This document shows, in pieces, positions 47,271 through 57,003 of a stretch of DNA of 61,054 bases. The notes under the pieces are model-generated. The model was given only the letters and a program-made list of their open reading frames with translations. It was not told the DNA's origin and did no database searches. Within the stretch, counting starts at the first letter, position 1, and each line of letters opens with the position of its first letter. The DNA comes from Bacteroidota bacterium (GTDB taxonomy: Bacteria; Bacteroidota; Bacteroidia; UKL13-3). The DNA is taken from assembly GCA_947459075.1 (NCBI GenBank), contig CANHBJ010000001.1, positions 1 through 61,054 on the forward strand, in the 5' to 3' direction. The translations under genes were made by a program, and so were the position numbers.

Positions 47271-48605
47271 ATGTCTGAATTTCAATTGGTGATGCCCAAA
47301 ATGGGCGAAAGTATTGCGGAAGCAACTATTATCCGCTGGGTTAAAAACGAAGGCGAGATGATCGCTGCAGATGAAACCGTATTAGAAATAGCTACCGATA
47401 AAGTAGATTCTGAAGTACCTTCACCTAAGGGTGGTAAACTAATAAAACGTTTATATAATGAAGGAGATGTTGTACCTGTTGGCGCTACTATTGCAATTAT
47501 AGCATTAGAAGGTGGAGCAACAGCAACTCCATTAGCCCCTGCAACTGAAGTAAAAACTGCAGTGGCAGAGGTTGAAAAAACCATTGTTGCTGCCATTGAT
47601 ACCACAAGTACACCCAAACCAAATAATGCCGGAGGTGCACGCTTTTATAGTCCTTTAGTTTTAAACATTGCTAAAGAAGAAAATGTGAGCATGGCCGAAT
47701 TGGAAAACATTGAAGGCACAGGAAATGAGGGTAGAGTTACAAAACGCGATATTTTAGCATATGTACAAAACCGCAGCAGTGGAACTGTATCAGCCCCGAT
47801 AAACAATACCACAACAGCTACTACTCCTGCTGCACAACCAGCTACACAAGCTACATCGACACCTGCATTTAAGGCTCCAAAAGTAACTTTAATGCCAGGT
47901 GATGAAATTTTAGAGATGGATCGCATGCGCAAAATCATTGCCGAAAACATGGTAATGAGTAAGCATGTATCTCCACACGTAACTTCATTTGTTGAGGCCG
48001 ATGTAACCAACATGGTTAAATGGAGAGATAAAGCCAAGAAAGTATACGAAAAACGAGAAGGCGAAAAAATTACTTTTACACCTATGTTTATTGAGTGTGT
48101 AGTTAAAGCCATCAAAGACTATCCGATGATTAACATTGCTGTTGATGGAACGAACATTGTAAAACGTAAACAAATTAATATTGGAATGGCAGCCGCTTTA
48201 CCAAGTGGTAACTTGATAGTACCAGTTATTAAAAACTCTGACAACATGAACCTGATTGGATTAACCAAAACGGTTAATGATTTGGCTAATCGTGCACGTA
48301 CAAATAAATTATCTCCAGATGAGATAACCGGAGGAACATTTACCTTAACTAATGTTGGTGGATTTGGAAACGTAATGGGAACTCCAATTATTAGTCAACC
48401 TCAAGTAGCTATTATGGCAACAGGTACCATCAAAAAGAAACCTGCTGTATTAGAAACTGAAATGGGTGATGTTATAGCCATTCGCCATATTATGTTCTTA
48501 TCGTTAAGCTATGACCATCGTGTTGTAGATGGTTCACTCGGAGGCTCTTTCTTACGCAGGGTGGCAGACTATATGGAACAATGGGATATTAACAGAGAGA
48601 TCTAA
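47271..48605 (+). CDS. 2-oxo-acid dehydrogenase E2 component (dihydrolipoyllysine-residue acyltransferase).
   Basis: Lipoyl domain (EIATDKV), an Ala/Thr/Pro linker, an E3-binding domain, and a catalytic domain with SYDHRVVDG. Confidence 0.85.
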   Translation: MSEFQLVMPKMGESIAEATIIRWVKNEGEMIAADETVLEIATDKVDSEVPSPKGGKLIKRLYNEGDVVPVGATIAIIALEGGATATPLAPATEVKTAVAEVEKTIVAAIDTTSTPKPNNAGGARFYSPLVLNIAKEENVSMAELENIEGTGNEGRVTKRDILAYVQNRSSGTVSAPINNTTTATTPAAQPATQATSTPAFKAPKVTLMPGDEILEMDRMRKIIAENMVMSKHVSPHVTSFVEADVTNMVKWRDKAKKVYEKREGEKITFTPMFIECVVKAIKDYPMINIAVDGTNIVKRKQINIGMAAALPSGNLIVPVIKNSDNMNLIGLTKTVNDLANRARTNKLSPDEITGGTFTLTNVGGFGNVMGTPIISQPQVAIMATGTIKKKPAVLETEMGDVIAIRHIMFLSLSYDHRVVDGSLGGSFLRRVADYMEQWDINREI

Positions 48606-48626
48606 ATAATAAAATACCATTTTATA

Positions 48627-48662
48627 AAAGAGCCACTTACCCAAAAGTAAGTGGCTCTTTTA
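48627..48662 (+). terminator. Rho-independent terminator downstream of the E2 gene.
   Basis: A 14-bp stem, aaagagccacttac pairing with gtaagtggctcttt. Confidence 0.8.
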
Positions 48663-49021
48663 TAAGTATTTGTCTTAATCCCCGTATTTACAGCCTTAAA
48701 CTTTCTTTAAAATTACCACATGATTATATAATATCTCAAGATTTAGACAATTATTAACTGTAGATTAGAACGAATTACACTATTTAATAAAAAAAATTAC
48801 AGTTCAGCATATTTAATAATCTATACTAAGAAAGCAATGCAAAAAGTAAACTACATTATCATTCTATTTACTTAGCCTATATGTTAAAAATACGCAACAA
48901 CTAATAAAAACAATTTACACTAAAAGTAACTCACAAAAACATAACCTTAAAAACTTACAGTTATTAGAAAGTAGCTATTGTTATTTTACGTTGCTATAAA
49001 TGAAACTATTTTATAAGTAAA

Positions 49022-49059
49022 TAAAAATGCTCCCAAAAAGTTTAACTTTTTGGGAGCAT
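49022..49059 (-). terminator. Rho-independent terminator downstream of pckA.
   Basis: Stem atgctcccaaaaag pairs with ctttttgggagcat. The minus strand has TTTTATTT after the hairpin. Confidence 0.8.
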
Positions 49060-49099
49060 ATAAAAGTGAGAAATATCTAATGTAAAATGTAAAAACTAA

Positions 49100-50695
49100 T
49101 TATGCATTTTGTGTTGCCTTTGGTGCGGCATTTAAAATTTCTGCATCAACACCGGCAGCATATTGTTCGAAGTTTTTAACGAACATGTTTGCTAATTTAT
49201 TTGCTTGTGCATCGTAAGCTGATTTATCAGCCCAAGTATTACGTGGGTTTAATAACTCAACAGGTACATTAGGACAAGCAGTTGGCATGGCATAACCAAA
49301 TACTGCGTGGTTTTCGTATGCTACGTTGTTTAATTCACCATTTAAAGCAGCTGTAATCATAGCACGGGTATATGATAATTTCATACGAGAGCCTGTACCA
49401 TAAGCACCACCTGTCCAACCGGTGTTAATTAACCAAACGTTTATATTGGGATTAGCTTTTAATTTCTCGCCTAACATTTTAGCGTATTTACCGGGATGTA
49501 ATGGTAAAAATACACGACCAAAGCAAGCTGAGAAAGTAGCTTGTGGCTCGGTAACACCAGCCTCTGTACCTGCAACTTTAGCAGTATAACCACTAATAAA
49601 GCTATACATCGCTTGTCCAGCATTTAATTTAGATATTGGAGGTAATACACCAAACGCATCAGCTGTTAAGAAGAAAATATTTTCAGGTGTTTTGCCTACC
49701 GAAGGTACTGCAATATTATCAATTAAGTTTATTGGATATGCAGCACGGGTATTTTCAGTAACAGAAATGTTGGTATAATCAACCGTTGTAGTACCTGGAT
49801 AAAAGCGGGTATTTTCTAATAACGAACCAAACTGAATGGCATCAAAAATTTGAGGCTCTTTTTCTTTCGTTAAATCAACACATTTAGCGTAGCAACCTCC
49901 TTCAAAGTTAAATACGCTGTTATCGGCCCAACCATGTTCATCATCTCCAATTAATTTACGCTCTGGATCGGCTGATAATGTTGTTTTACCTGTACCTGAT
50001 AAACCAAAGAATACGGCAGTATCTCCGTTTTTACCAATGTTGGCTGAACAGTGCATTGACAACACGCCTTTTTCTTCAGGTAAAATATAATTCAACACTG
50101 TAAAGATCCCTTTTTTCATTTCGCCTGTGTAAGCACTACCACCAATTAAAATAATTTTACGGGTAAAATCAATCATGGTAAAGTTATGCTGACGAGTTCC
50201 GTCTTCAGTAGCAACAGCTTTGAAGCTAGGTGCATTGATGATTAACCACTCTGGAGCAAAATCTTTTAAATCTTCTGCCGTAGGGCGTAAAAACAAGTTG
50301 TTGCAAAATAAATTGTGATAAGCCGTTTCGTTAAAAACGCGAATATTTAAACGATACTTTGGATCAGCGCAAGCATAAGCATCGCGGGTGTAAATATTTT
50401 TTCCTTCAAAATGCTTAATTACTTTGTTTAATAAAGCATCAAATTTTGCAGGCTCAAACTTTTGGTTTACATCTCCCCACCAAACCGTATTTTCTGTTTT
50501 AGCATCAGCCACACAAAATTTATCTTTTGGTGAGCGTCCTGTAAATTCACCGGTGTCGGCCATTAATGCACCAGTATCAGTTAATACACCTTCACCATTT
50601 TTAATGGCGTGTTGCACCAATTGTGCAGGTGTTAAATTCTGGAAAGTTTGACCAGCATTGGCCAATATCTTTTCAACTATTGAATTGGTTGTCAT
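49100..50695 (-). CDS. pckA: Phosphoenolpyruvate carboxykinase (ATP).
   Basis: 531 aa with the kinase-1a motif GLSGTGKTTLS and an overall PckA pattern. Confidence 0.9.
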   Translation of the reverse strand: MTTNSIVEKILANAGQTFQNLTPAQLVQHAIKNGEGVLTDTGALMADTGEFTGRSPKDKFCVADAKTENTVWWGDVNQKFEPAKFDALLNKVIKHFEGKNIYTRDAYACADPKYRLNIRVFNETAYHNLFCNNLFLRPTAEDLKDFAPEWLIINAPSFKAVATEDGTRQHNFTMIDFTRKIILIGGSAYTGEMKKGIFTVLNYILPEEKGVLSMHCSANIGKNGDTAVFFGLSGTGKTTLSADPERKLIGDDEHGWADNSVFNFEGGCYAKCVDLTKEKEPQIFDAIQFGSLLENTRFYPGTTTVDYTNISVTENTRAAYPINLIDNIAVPSVGKTPENIFFLTADAFGVLPPISKLNAGQAMYSFISGYTAKVAGTEAGVTEPQATFSACFGRVFLPLHPGKYAKMLGEKLKANPNINVWLINTGWTGGAYGTGSRMKLSYTRAMITAALNGELNNVAYENHAVFGYAMPTACPNVPVELLNPRNTWADKSAYDAQANKLANMFVKNFEQYAAGVDAEILNAAPKATQNA

Positions 50696-50918
50696 ATTTA
50701 AGGTTGTTCAATTGCGAAGTGGGGACAAAAATAACGTTTCCTATAAGAGGAAAAAATATAAATTTAATCAACTGTTATTCAGAGGCTAATCTTACATTAC
50801 ACCAGTTAATAATTGATTAAAATCATGTGGTAAAAATCAAAAACATCAAATTGCAAGCTAAGCCGCTAAAGCAGTAATGTCAAATAATATATATCCAATG
50901 ACTTAATAAAGCAGCAGT

Positions 50919-51782
50919 TTAGATAATTTCCAGAACCTTTTTAATTGTATTTTCAATAACTAAATCTGGATTATGGCTAAAGGTGTGATTAACTCTATTG
51001 GCCAATATAGCATTAACAGAGATTGCTTGATGGCCTAGCAATGTGGCCATACCATATATAGCAGCGGTTTCCATCTCGAAATTTGTAACTCGTAGTCCGT
51101 TAACCTCAATATTTGATAAGCGTTTAATTAAATCTTCGTATTTAGCCTCTGCCCTAAGCATACGACCTTGTGGAGCATAAAAGCCGCAACAAGTAGCTGT
51201 AATACCTGAATTAAAATACTTGCCAAAATGTGAAAATAATTCACCGGGAGCCTTAAATAAATATGGATTTACAAATAATAGTTCCAATTGCTCATCAATG
51301 GTATTAAGCATGTTTGATATCTCATCATTTTCTTCATAATCATAAAACTGCATTAAACTGTCAAGACCAAGACCATATGAGGAAATAAGGGTATCATCTA
51401 CTTTCAATTCATTTTGTAATGAGCCACTTGTTCCAATGCGAATAAGTTCTAATGAAATAGGCACAGCTTTAACCTCACGTGTATTTAAATTGATGTTGGC
51501 TAAGGCATCTAATTCGTTCAAAACGATATCTATATTATCTGTACCAATACCTGTTGATACAACAGAAATGCGTTTGCTACCAATGTAACCCGTATGTGTA
51601 ATAAACTCACGCTTACTCTTTTTTACCTCAATTTTATCAAAGTGCTTTGATACCTCCGCAACCCGATTTTGATCGCCAACTAAAATTATGGTTTCAGCTA
51701 ACTCTTCTGGTAGTAAGTGCAAATGGTATATACTACCATCATTATTTAATACTAATTCGCTTTCGGGTATTAATGTGCTCAT
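50919..51782 (-). CDS. Nucleoside phosphorylase (PNP/UDP_1 family).
   Basis: 287 aa with ...GTSGSL..., ...FEMETAAIYG... and IRIGT-type motifs. Confidence 0.75.
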   Translation of the reverse strand: MSTLIPESELVLNNDGSIYHLHLLPEELAETIILVGDQNRVAEVSKHFDKIEVKKSKREFITHTGYIGSKRISVVSTGIGTDNIDIVLNELDALANINLNTREVKAVPISLELIRIGTSGSLQNELKVDDTLISSYGLGLDSLMQFYDYEENDEISNMLNTIDEQLELLFVNPYLFKAPGELFSHFGKYFNSGITATCCGFYAPQGRMLRAEAKYEDLIKRLSNIEVNGLRVTNFEMETAAIYGMATLLGHQAISVNAILANRVNHTFSHNPDLVIENTIKKVLEII

Positions 51783-51872
51783 GTATAAATATCATTTAAT
51801 GATTTGACCTATATCATAATCTCAAATTAAATACGGGCCTACATTTCTAGTGCAATTTACACTTTAAACATT

Positions 51873-52751
51873 ATGCAAACAACTCATAAAAATACAATTC
51901 TTGTTCCATTAGATTTTAGTGATGTAGCCATTTTCGCTTTGGACCATGCCAATCATATTGCTTAACATTTTAACAATAATTTAGCACTGTTATACGTAGT
52001 TGAAAAAGGTATTTTAAGCGGATTGCAGGATAAAAACGAAAAACAAGAAGAATTAATAAAAGAAGCCGCTATTGCAAGAATGGAAAAGCTATCAATCGAT
52101 ATAAAAACAAAACATGGTATTGATTGTAGTACAAATATTCTTTCTGGTAAAATTTACAAGTTAATTAAAGAAGTAGTAAAAGAACTAAAATGCAATAGTG
52201 TAATTATGGGATCACATGGTGCATCAGGTTTAGGTCAAATCATCGGAAGCAATTCTTCTCGTACTATTGTGCATAGTAATGTACCAATAATTGTGGTCAA
52301 ATCAGCTCAATCTTCAAACATTTATAATAGCATTGTTTTCCCTGTTGATTTAGCAATTGAATCACGCCAAAAGGTTAAATGGGCTATTCACTTTGGTAAA
52401 TCATATGGCTCAACCATTCGATTGTTCAGTTTTAAAAATAATGACGAATTACTGGATGCCAAAATTGAAGGTTCAATTCGCCAAATAGAAAACATGCTCA
52501 AAGAAAATGGTATTAATTATACCAAATATATTAAAGAACATTTAGAGGGGAACTTAGCTGATGAAACGCTTAAATATGCTGAAAGTATTGATGCAGATTT
52601 ATTGATGATCATGACCCAATCTGAAGATAAAGACTTTAAAGAGTTGGTATTTGGTACATATGCCCAACAAATAGTAAACACATCACAACATATTCCGGTA
52701 ATGTGTATAAACCCAAATAAAATAGGAGTAACAACAGGTTGGGGATATTAA
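51873..52751 (+). pseudogene. Tandem-domain universal stress protein interrupted by an in-frame TAA at 51963-51965.
   Basis: The ATG at 51873 gives MQTTHKNTILVPLDFSDVAIFALDHANHIA*HFNNNLALLYVVEKG..., in frame with the ORF-track ORF 52023-52751. The N-terminal beta-strand ILVPLDFSD is the canonical USP start (compare ILLPTDFSD in the paralogue at 39259). Confidence 0.7.
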
Positions 52752-52800
52752 TAAATAAAACAAATTGAATAGATGTCTTACTTGATCTTTATTTTTTCTT

Positions 52801-53397
52801 TCATTTCTTTTTAATCAACCTCAGTAACTCATTAATTTTAGTATGTAATTCTCGTATTTCTTGCTCAGCTTTTAAATTAATGTTGTAATCATTTTTAGCC
52901 CTTAATCTATCTTTGGCTTCTTGTCTATTCTGACTCATCATAATAATTGGAGCTTGAACTGCTGCAATACAACTCAATATTAAATTTAATAAAATAAACG
53001 GATAGTTATCAAACCTTGCAGTAGTATAGGCAATTGTATTTAATACAACCCAAGCCAAAATAAATGCAAAGAAGGAAATTATAAAAGTCCAACTTCCTCC
53101 AAACTCGGCTATTTTATCGGCAATTCGTTCTCCTAATGTCAAACTGCTTTGGTAGTTATCCTCCAATTCATCAGCCGATAACTCAACCAAATATTCTGAT
53201 TCTTGAGGTGGCTCTAATTGAAGTAAGTGATTGATAGCCTCCGCATCAACAAACCCTTTTCTATCCCATTTATGACCTTGCTTTTTTATAATTCTCACTA
53301 CCTGAGGACTGATAGCCTTGGCGGGTAACATATTTTGTGCATTACCAGATCGACCACTTATTTGACAAACATATTCGTGATGCGTGTTCATAGCCAT
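52801..53397 (-). CDS. DUF1003 membrane protein.
   Basis: Two TM helices followed by QAPIIMMSQNRQEAKDRLRAKNDYNINLKAEQEI. Confidence 0.7.
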   Translation of the reverse strand: MAMNTHHEYVCQISGRSGNAQNMLPAKAISPQVVRIIKKQGHKWDRKGFVDAEAINHLLQLEPPQESEYLVELSADELEDNYQSSLTLGERIADKIAEFGGSWTFIISFFAFILAWVVLNTIAYTTARFDNYPFILLNLILSCIAAVQAPIIMMSQNRQEAKDRLRAKNDYNINLKAEQEIRELHTKINELLRLIKKK

Positions 53398-53475
53398 TTA
53401 AAATTATCAGTCTAAATTAAACTTTATTTCAAGTAAATACATCATTAGTTTTAAATTCGCACAATTATTAAGATT

Positions 53476-55158
53476 ATGACAGACAACAAAATTATATTTT
53501 CAATGGCTGGGGTTAGCAAAACTTTCCCACCACAAAAACAAGTATTAAAAAACATTTACCTATCATTTTTTTATGGAGCCAAGATTGGTGTTTTAGGTTT
53601 GAATGGATCAGGTAAATCAAGCCTTTTAAAAATCATTGCTGGTATTGATAAAAGCTTTCAAGGTGAGGTAGTATTTGACAGTAAAAACTATAAAATAGGA
53701 TTCTTAGAGCAAGAACCTAACCTTGATGAAACTAAAACAGTTATTGAAGTTGTTAAAGAAGGTGTGGCCGAAATAATGGCCCTACTTGATGAATACAATG
53801 CGGTGAATGAGTCTATGGGTGAACCGGAGAATTATGAAGACGCTGACAAAATGGAAAAGTTAATGAACCGTTCGGCTGAATTGCAAGACAAAATTGATGC
53901 AGCCAATGCATGGGAAATTGATACCACATTAGAAAAAGCCATGGATGCTTTACGTTGCCCTGATCCAGAAACTCCAGTTAATATTTTAAGTGGTGGGGAA
54001 CGCAGACGTGTTGCTTTATGCCGTTTAATTTTAAGCAATCCTGATATCTTATTATTAGATGAGCCTACCAACCACTTAGATGCAGAATCGGTTGATTGGT
54101 TAGAGCAATTCTTGAAGAACTTCCCAGGTACTGTTATTGCCGTAACGCATGATCGTTATTTCTTAGATAATGTTGCTGGATGGATTTTAGAGCTTGACCG
54201 TGGCGAGGGAATTCCGTGGAAAGGTAATTACAGCAGCTGGTTAGATCAAAAAGCCAATCGATTAAAAGCAGAAGAGAAGGCAGATAGTAAACGAGCAAAA
54301 GCATTAGAGCGTGAATTAGATTGGGTACGCCAAGGTGCCAAAGGAAGACAAGCAAAACAAAAAGCCAGATTAGGTGCTTACGATAAATTATTAAACGAAG
54401 AAACAAAGGAAAAAGAACAGCAACTAGAGTTATTTATACCTGCTGGCCCACGTTTGGGTGATATGGTAATTGAAGCCAAAAACGTAAGTAAAGCTTATGG
54501 TGATAAATTACTGTACGATAACTTAAACTTTAATTTACCCCGTGGTGGTATTGTTGGTGTAATAGGACCTAATGGTGCAGGTAAAACTACATTATTTAAA
54601 ATGATGATGGGACTTGAAGAACCTACTAGTGGTGATTTTAAAGTAGGCGAAACAGTGCAAGTTGCATATGTTGATCAGAGTCATAAAGATTTGTTACCTG
54701 AAAAAAGTGTGTTTGAAGTAATTAGTGGTGGAACTGAAACCATGATTGTTGGCGGCAAGCAAGTAAACGCTAGGGCATACATTAGCAAATTTAATTTTGG
54801 CGGTAACGATCAAAGTAAAAAAGTTGGTGTATTAAGTGGTGGAGAACGTAACCGTGTACATTTGGCCATGACATTAAAAGAGGGTGGCAACGTGTTATTA
54901 TTGGATGAGCCAACAAATGATATTGACGTTAATACATTACGTGCTTTAGAAGAGGCGATTGAAAATTATGCAGGATGTGTAGTAGTGATATCCCATGATA
55001 GATGGTTTATTGATAGAATAGCCACACATATCTTAGCCTTTGAAGGCAATTCGCAAGTGGTGTTTTATGAGGGTGCATATAGCGACTATGAAGAGAATAA
55101 GCGCCAACGTATGGGTAATGTTCAACCAACTCGAGTTAGGTACAAGAAAATAATCTAA
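53476..55158 (+). CDS. ettA: ABC-F translational throttle protein EttA.
   Basis: 560 aa with two ABC cassettes (GLNGSGKSS / LSGGERRR and GPNGAGKTT / LSGGERNR). The N-terminus M..IIFSM..VSK is typical of EttA. Confidence 0.85.
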   Translation: MTDNKIIFSMAGVSKTFPPQKQVLKNIYLSFFYGAKIGVLGLNGSGKSSLLKIIAGIDKSFQGEVVFDSKNYKIGFLEQEPNLDETKTVIEVVKEGVAEIMALLDEYNAVNESMGEPENYEDADKMEKLMNRSAELQDKIDAANAWEIDTTLEKAMDALRCPDPETPVNILSGGERRRVALCRLILSNPDILLLDEPTNHLDAESVDWLEQFLKNFPGTVIAVTHDRYFLDNVAGWILELDRGEGIPWKGNYSSWLDQKANRLKAEEKADSKRAKALERELDWVRQGAKGRQAKQKARLGAYDKLLNEETKEKEQQLELFIPAGPRLGDMVIEAKNVSKAYGDKLLYDNLNFNLPRGGIVGVIGPNGAGKTTLFKMMMGLEEPTSGDFKVGETVQVAYVDQSHKDLLPEKSVFEVISGGTETMIVGGKQVNARAYISKFNFGGNDQSKKVGVLSGGERNRVHLAMTLKEGGNVLLLDEPTNDIDVNTLRALEEAIENYAGCVVVISHDRWFIDRIATHILAFEGNSQVVFYEGAYSDYEENKRQRMGNVQPTRVRYKKII

Positions 55159-55182
55159 CAATTAAATTAAGACTTAAAAAAT

Positions 55183-55217
55183 ATGCCACTGTACATTTTT
55201 GTATGGTGGCATTTTTT
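55183..55217 (+). terminator. Rho-independent terminator downstream of ettA.
   Basis: Stem atgccac pairs with gtggcat, followed by tttttt. Confidence 0.6.
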
Positions 55218-55274
55218 ATGCTGTTTTTTTATTTCAAAACAAAACATATATTGGTATAATAATAGGCTAAACTA

Positions 55275-56402
55275 ATGCTAAGTTTCTGGGAGTCGAATTC
55301 ACTAGTAAACTACCAATACATTATTGTGGGTGCTGGTATTACAGGTTTAAGTACAGCTTGTGCCATAAAAGAAAAAAATCCAACAGCTAATGTTCTTGTT
55401 ATTGAAAAAGGGATATTACCTACAGGTGCAAGTACAAAAAATGCAGGATTTGCATGCATTGGTTCTTATACCGAAAATTGGGCTGACTATTTACGACTTG
55501 GTGAAGAGAAATTTTTGCAACTAATTGAAGACCGATGGATCGGCTTGTCCCTCTTAAGAAAGCGATTGGGTGATGAACATATCGATTATATAAACCATGG
55601 TGGTTTTGAATTAATGATGAATGAAAACGCAGCAGAGGGAGATAAAGTAACCAAACTTAACGAGCTACTATTACCGCTATTTAAAAAACAAGTATTTTAC
55701 ATTGTACCACACTTTATTAATCAATTTGGGTTTAATGCGGATATGGTAAGCGATATGGTTTTTAATCCATTTGAAGGGCAAATTGACACAGGAAAAATGA
55801 TGAACACCTTGTTAAATTACGCAGGAATTTTGCAAGTAAGGGTAATTACAGGTACTGATGTAAAACATATTGATGATACTCCAACCGGTGCTAAAGTATA
55901 CTGCGAAAACAATGGTCAGCAAATAACTTTCCATGCAGAACAAGTGGCTATTTGTACCAATGCATTTACCAAACATTTTTTACCCGATGAAGAAATAACC
56001 CCAGGACGAGGTCAGGTATTGTGCACAGCACCTATTGATAACTTAAAGTTTACGGGTACTTTTCATTTTAATGAAGGTTATTACTACTTTAGAAACTATG
56101 GGAAAAGAGTGATTTTGGGTGGTGGCAGAAATATTGATTTTGAAACCGAAACAACAACGCAATTTGATATAAACCAACGCATACAAAACCAATTAAACTA
56201 TTTTTTAGACGAGATGATATTACCCAATACACCATACACCATAGAGCAACAATGGAGTGGCATTATGGCCTTTAACGAACAAAAAACACCACTTATAAAA
56301 CGCGTTAATCAACACGTGGTAGTAGGTGCAAGATTAAACGGAATGGGTGTGGCTCTTGCAAGTAAAATAGCCGATACTTTATCAAATTTAATGACAAAAT
56401 AA
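55275..56402 (+). CDS. FAD-dependent oxidoreductase (DAO family).
   Basis: N-terminal dinucleotide-binding motif IIVGAGITGLSTA. Confidence 0.7.
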   Translation: MLSFWESNSLVNYQYIIVGAGITGLSTACAIKEKNPTANVLVIEKGILPTGASTKNAGFACIGSYTENWADYLRLGEEKFLQLIEDRWIGLSLLRKRLGDEHIDYINHGGFELMMNENAAEGDKVTKLNELLLPLFKKQVFYIVPHFINQFGFNADMVSDMVFNPFEGQIDTGKMMNTLLNYAGILQVRVITGTDVKHIDDTPTGAKVYCENNGQQITFHAEQVAICTNAFTKHFLPDEEITPGRGQVLCTAPIDNLKFTGTFHFNEGYYYFRNYGKRVILGGGRNIDFETETTTQFDINQRIQNQLNYFLDEMILPNTPYTIEQQWSGIMAFNEQKTPLIKRVNQHVVVGARLNGMGVALASKIADTLSNLMTK

Positions 56403-56412
56403 CAACCTAATT

Positions 56413-56919
56413 ATGGCAAACAAATTAACCCTATTATTAGCCCTACAATTTATATTTGGCCTATCACTAATAGCACAAACCGTTGTATACAAAGCCGAAT
56501 TAGAATTACATCCCGATGAAAAAAACCAAAGTGGATGTGCACTCTTTATTCATGATATACATCAAAATTTTGACATGAATAACAACATAAAATGGGAGTT
56601 TAACATACAAGAGTTTACACCTACAGTTGATGCTGAACAATACCTTGCCACAGTTATTAAAAAAGAATGGTCAATAACATTAATACACAAACAAAGCAAC
56701 GAAAAATTACAAGCGCAAAGTTTAACTAATGAAGAGTCTATAATAAATGCGGAGTGTTTATTTAATGGTATTATTATGCCTATTGACATTTTTATTCATA
56801 AGCGAAAAAGTGCTCATTCATCTTTCCATAATGAACTTTCATTTTCCTTAACAGGACATCAAGTTGGAGCAAATTCTGATGATGTTTTTTTGTTTGTAAT
56901 GAAGCTAACTCCTCAATAA
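56413..56919 (+). CDS. Hypothetical secreted protein.
   Basis: 168 aa with the signal peptide MANKLTLLLALQFIFGLSLIAQ. No family recognised. Confidence 0.45.
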   Translation: MANKLTLLLALQFIFGLSLIAQTVVYKAELELHPDEKNQSGCALFIHDIHQNFDMNNNIKWEFNIQEFTPTVDAEQYLATVIKKEWSITLIHKQSNEKLQAQSLTNEESIINAECLFNGIIMPIDIFIHKRKSAHSSFHNELSFSLTGHQVGANSDDVFLFVMKLTPQ

Positions 56920-56941
56920 ATATTTACAATTTCATACAATG

Positions 56942-56976
56942 AAAAAGCCATCGAGAAAACACCCGATGGCTTTTTT
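56942..56976. terminator. Bidirectional rho-independent terminator.
   Basis: Stem aaagccatcg pairs with cgatggcttt, with flanking A and T runs, between convergent genes. Confidence 0.8.
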
Positions 56977-57003
56977 ATATCATTATAACAAAACTTAATT
57001 AGC

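Noticed and set aside
47282-48173. Minus-strand ORFs of 111, 156 and 62 aa.
   Set aside because: They lie entirely antisense within the well-supported E2 acyltransferase gene. Their composition (Ala/Val/Thr shadows) is typical of antisense frames.
31923-48605. The E1-beta gene (31923-32900) and the E2 gene (47271-48605) could form one dehydrogenase operon.
   Set aside because: They are about 14 kb apart on opposite strands, and no E1-alpha or E3 gene is in the window. They cannot be assigned to the same complex from this sequence.
233-51965. Two in-frame TAA codons (233-235 and 51963-51965) could indicate TAA stop-codon reassignment or a suppressor system.
   Set aside because: Many well-supported genes in the window terminate at family-appropriate lengths with TAA, for example those ending at 2979, 3380, 8974 and 10893. 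No suppressor-like tRNA is visible. Independent pseudogenisation or base-call errors are more parsimonious.
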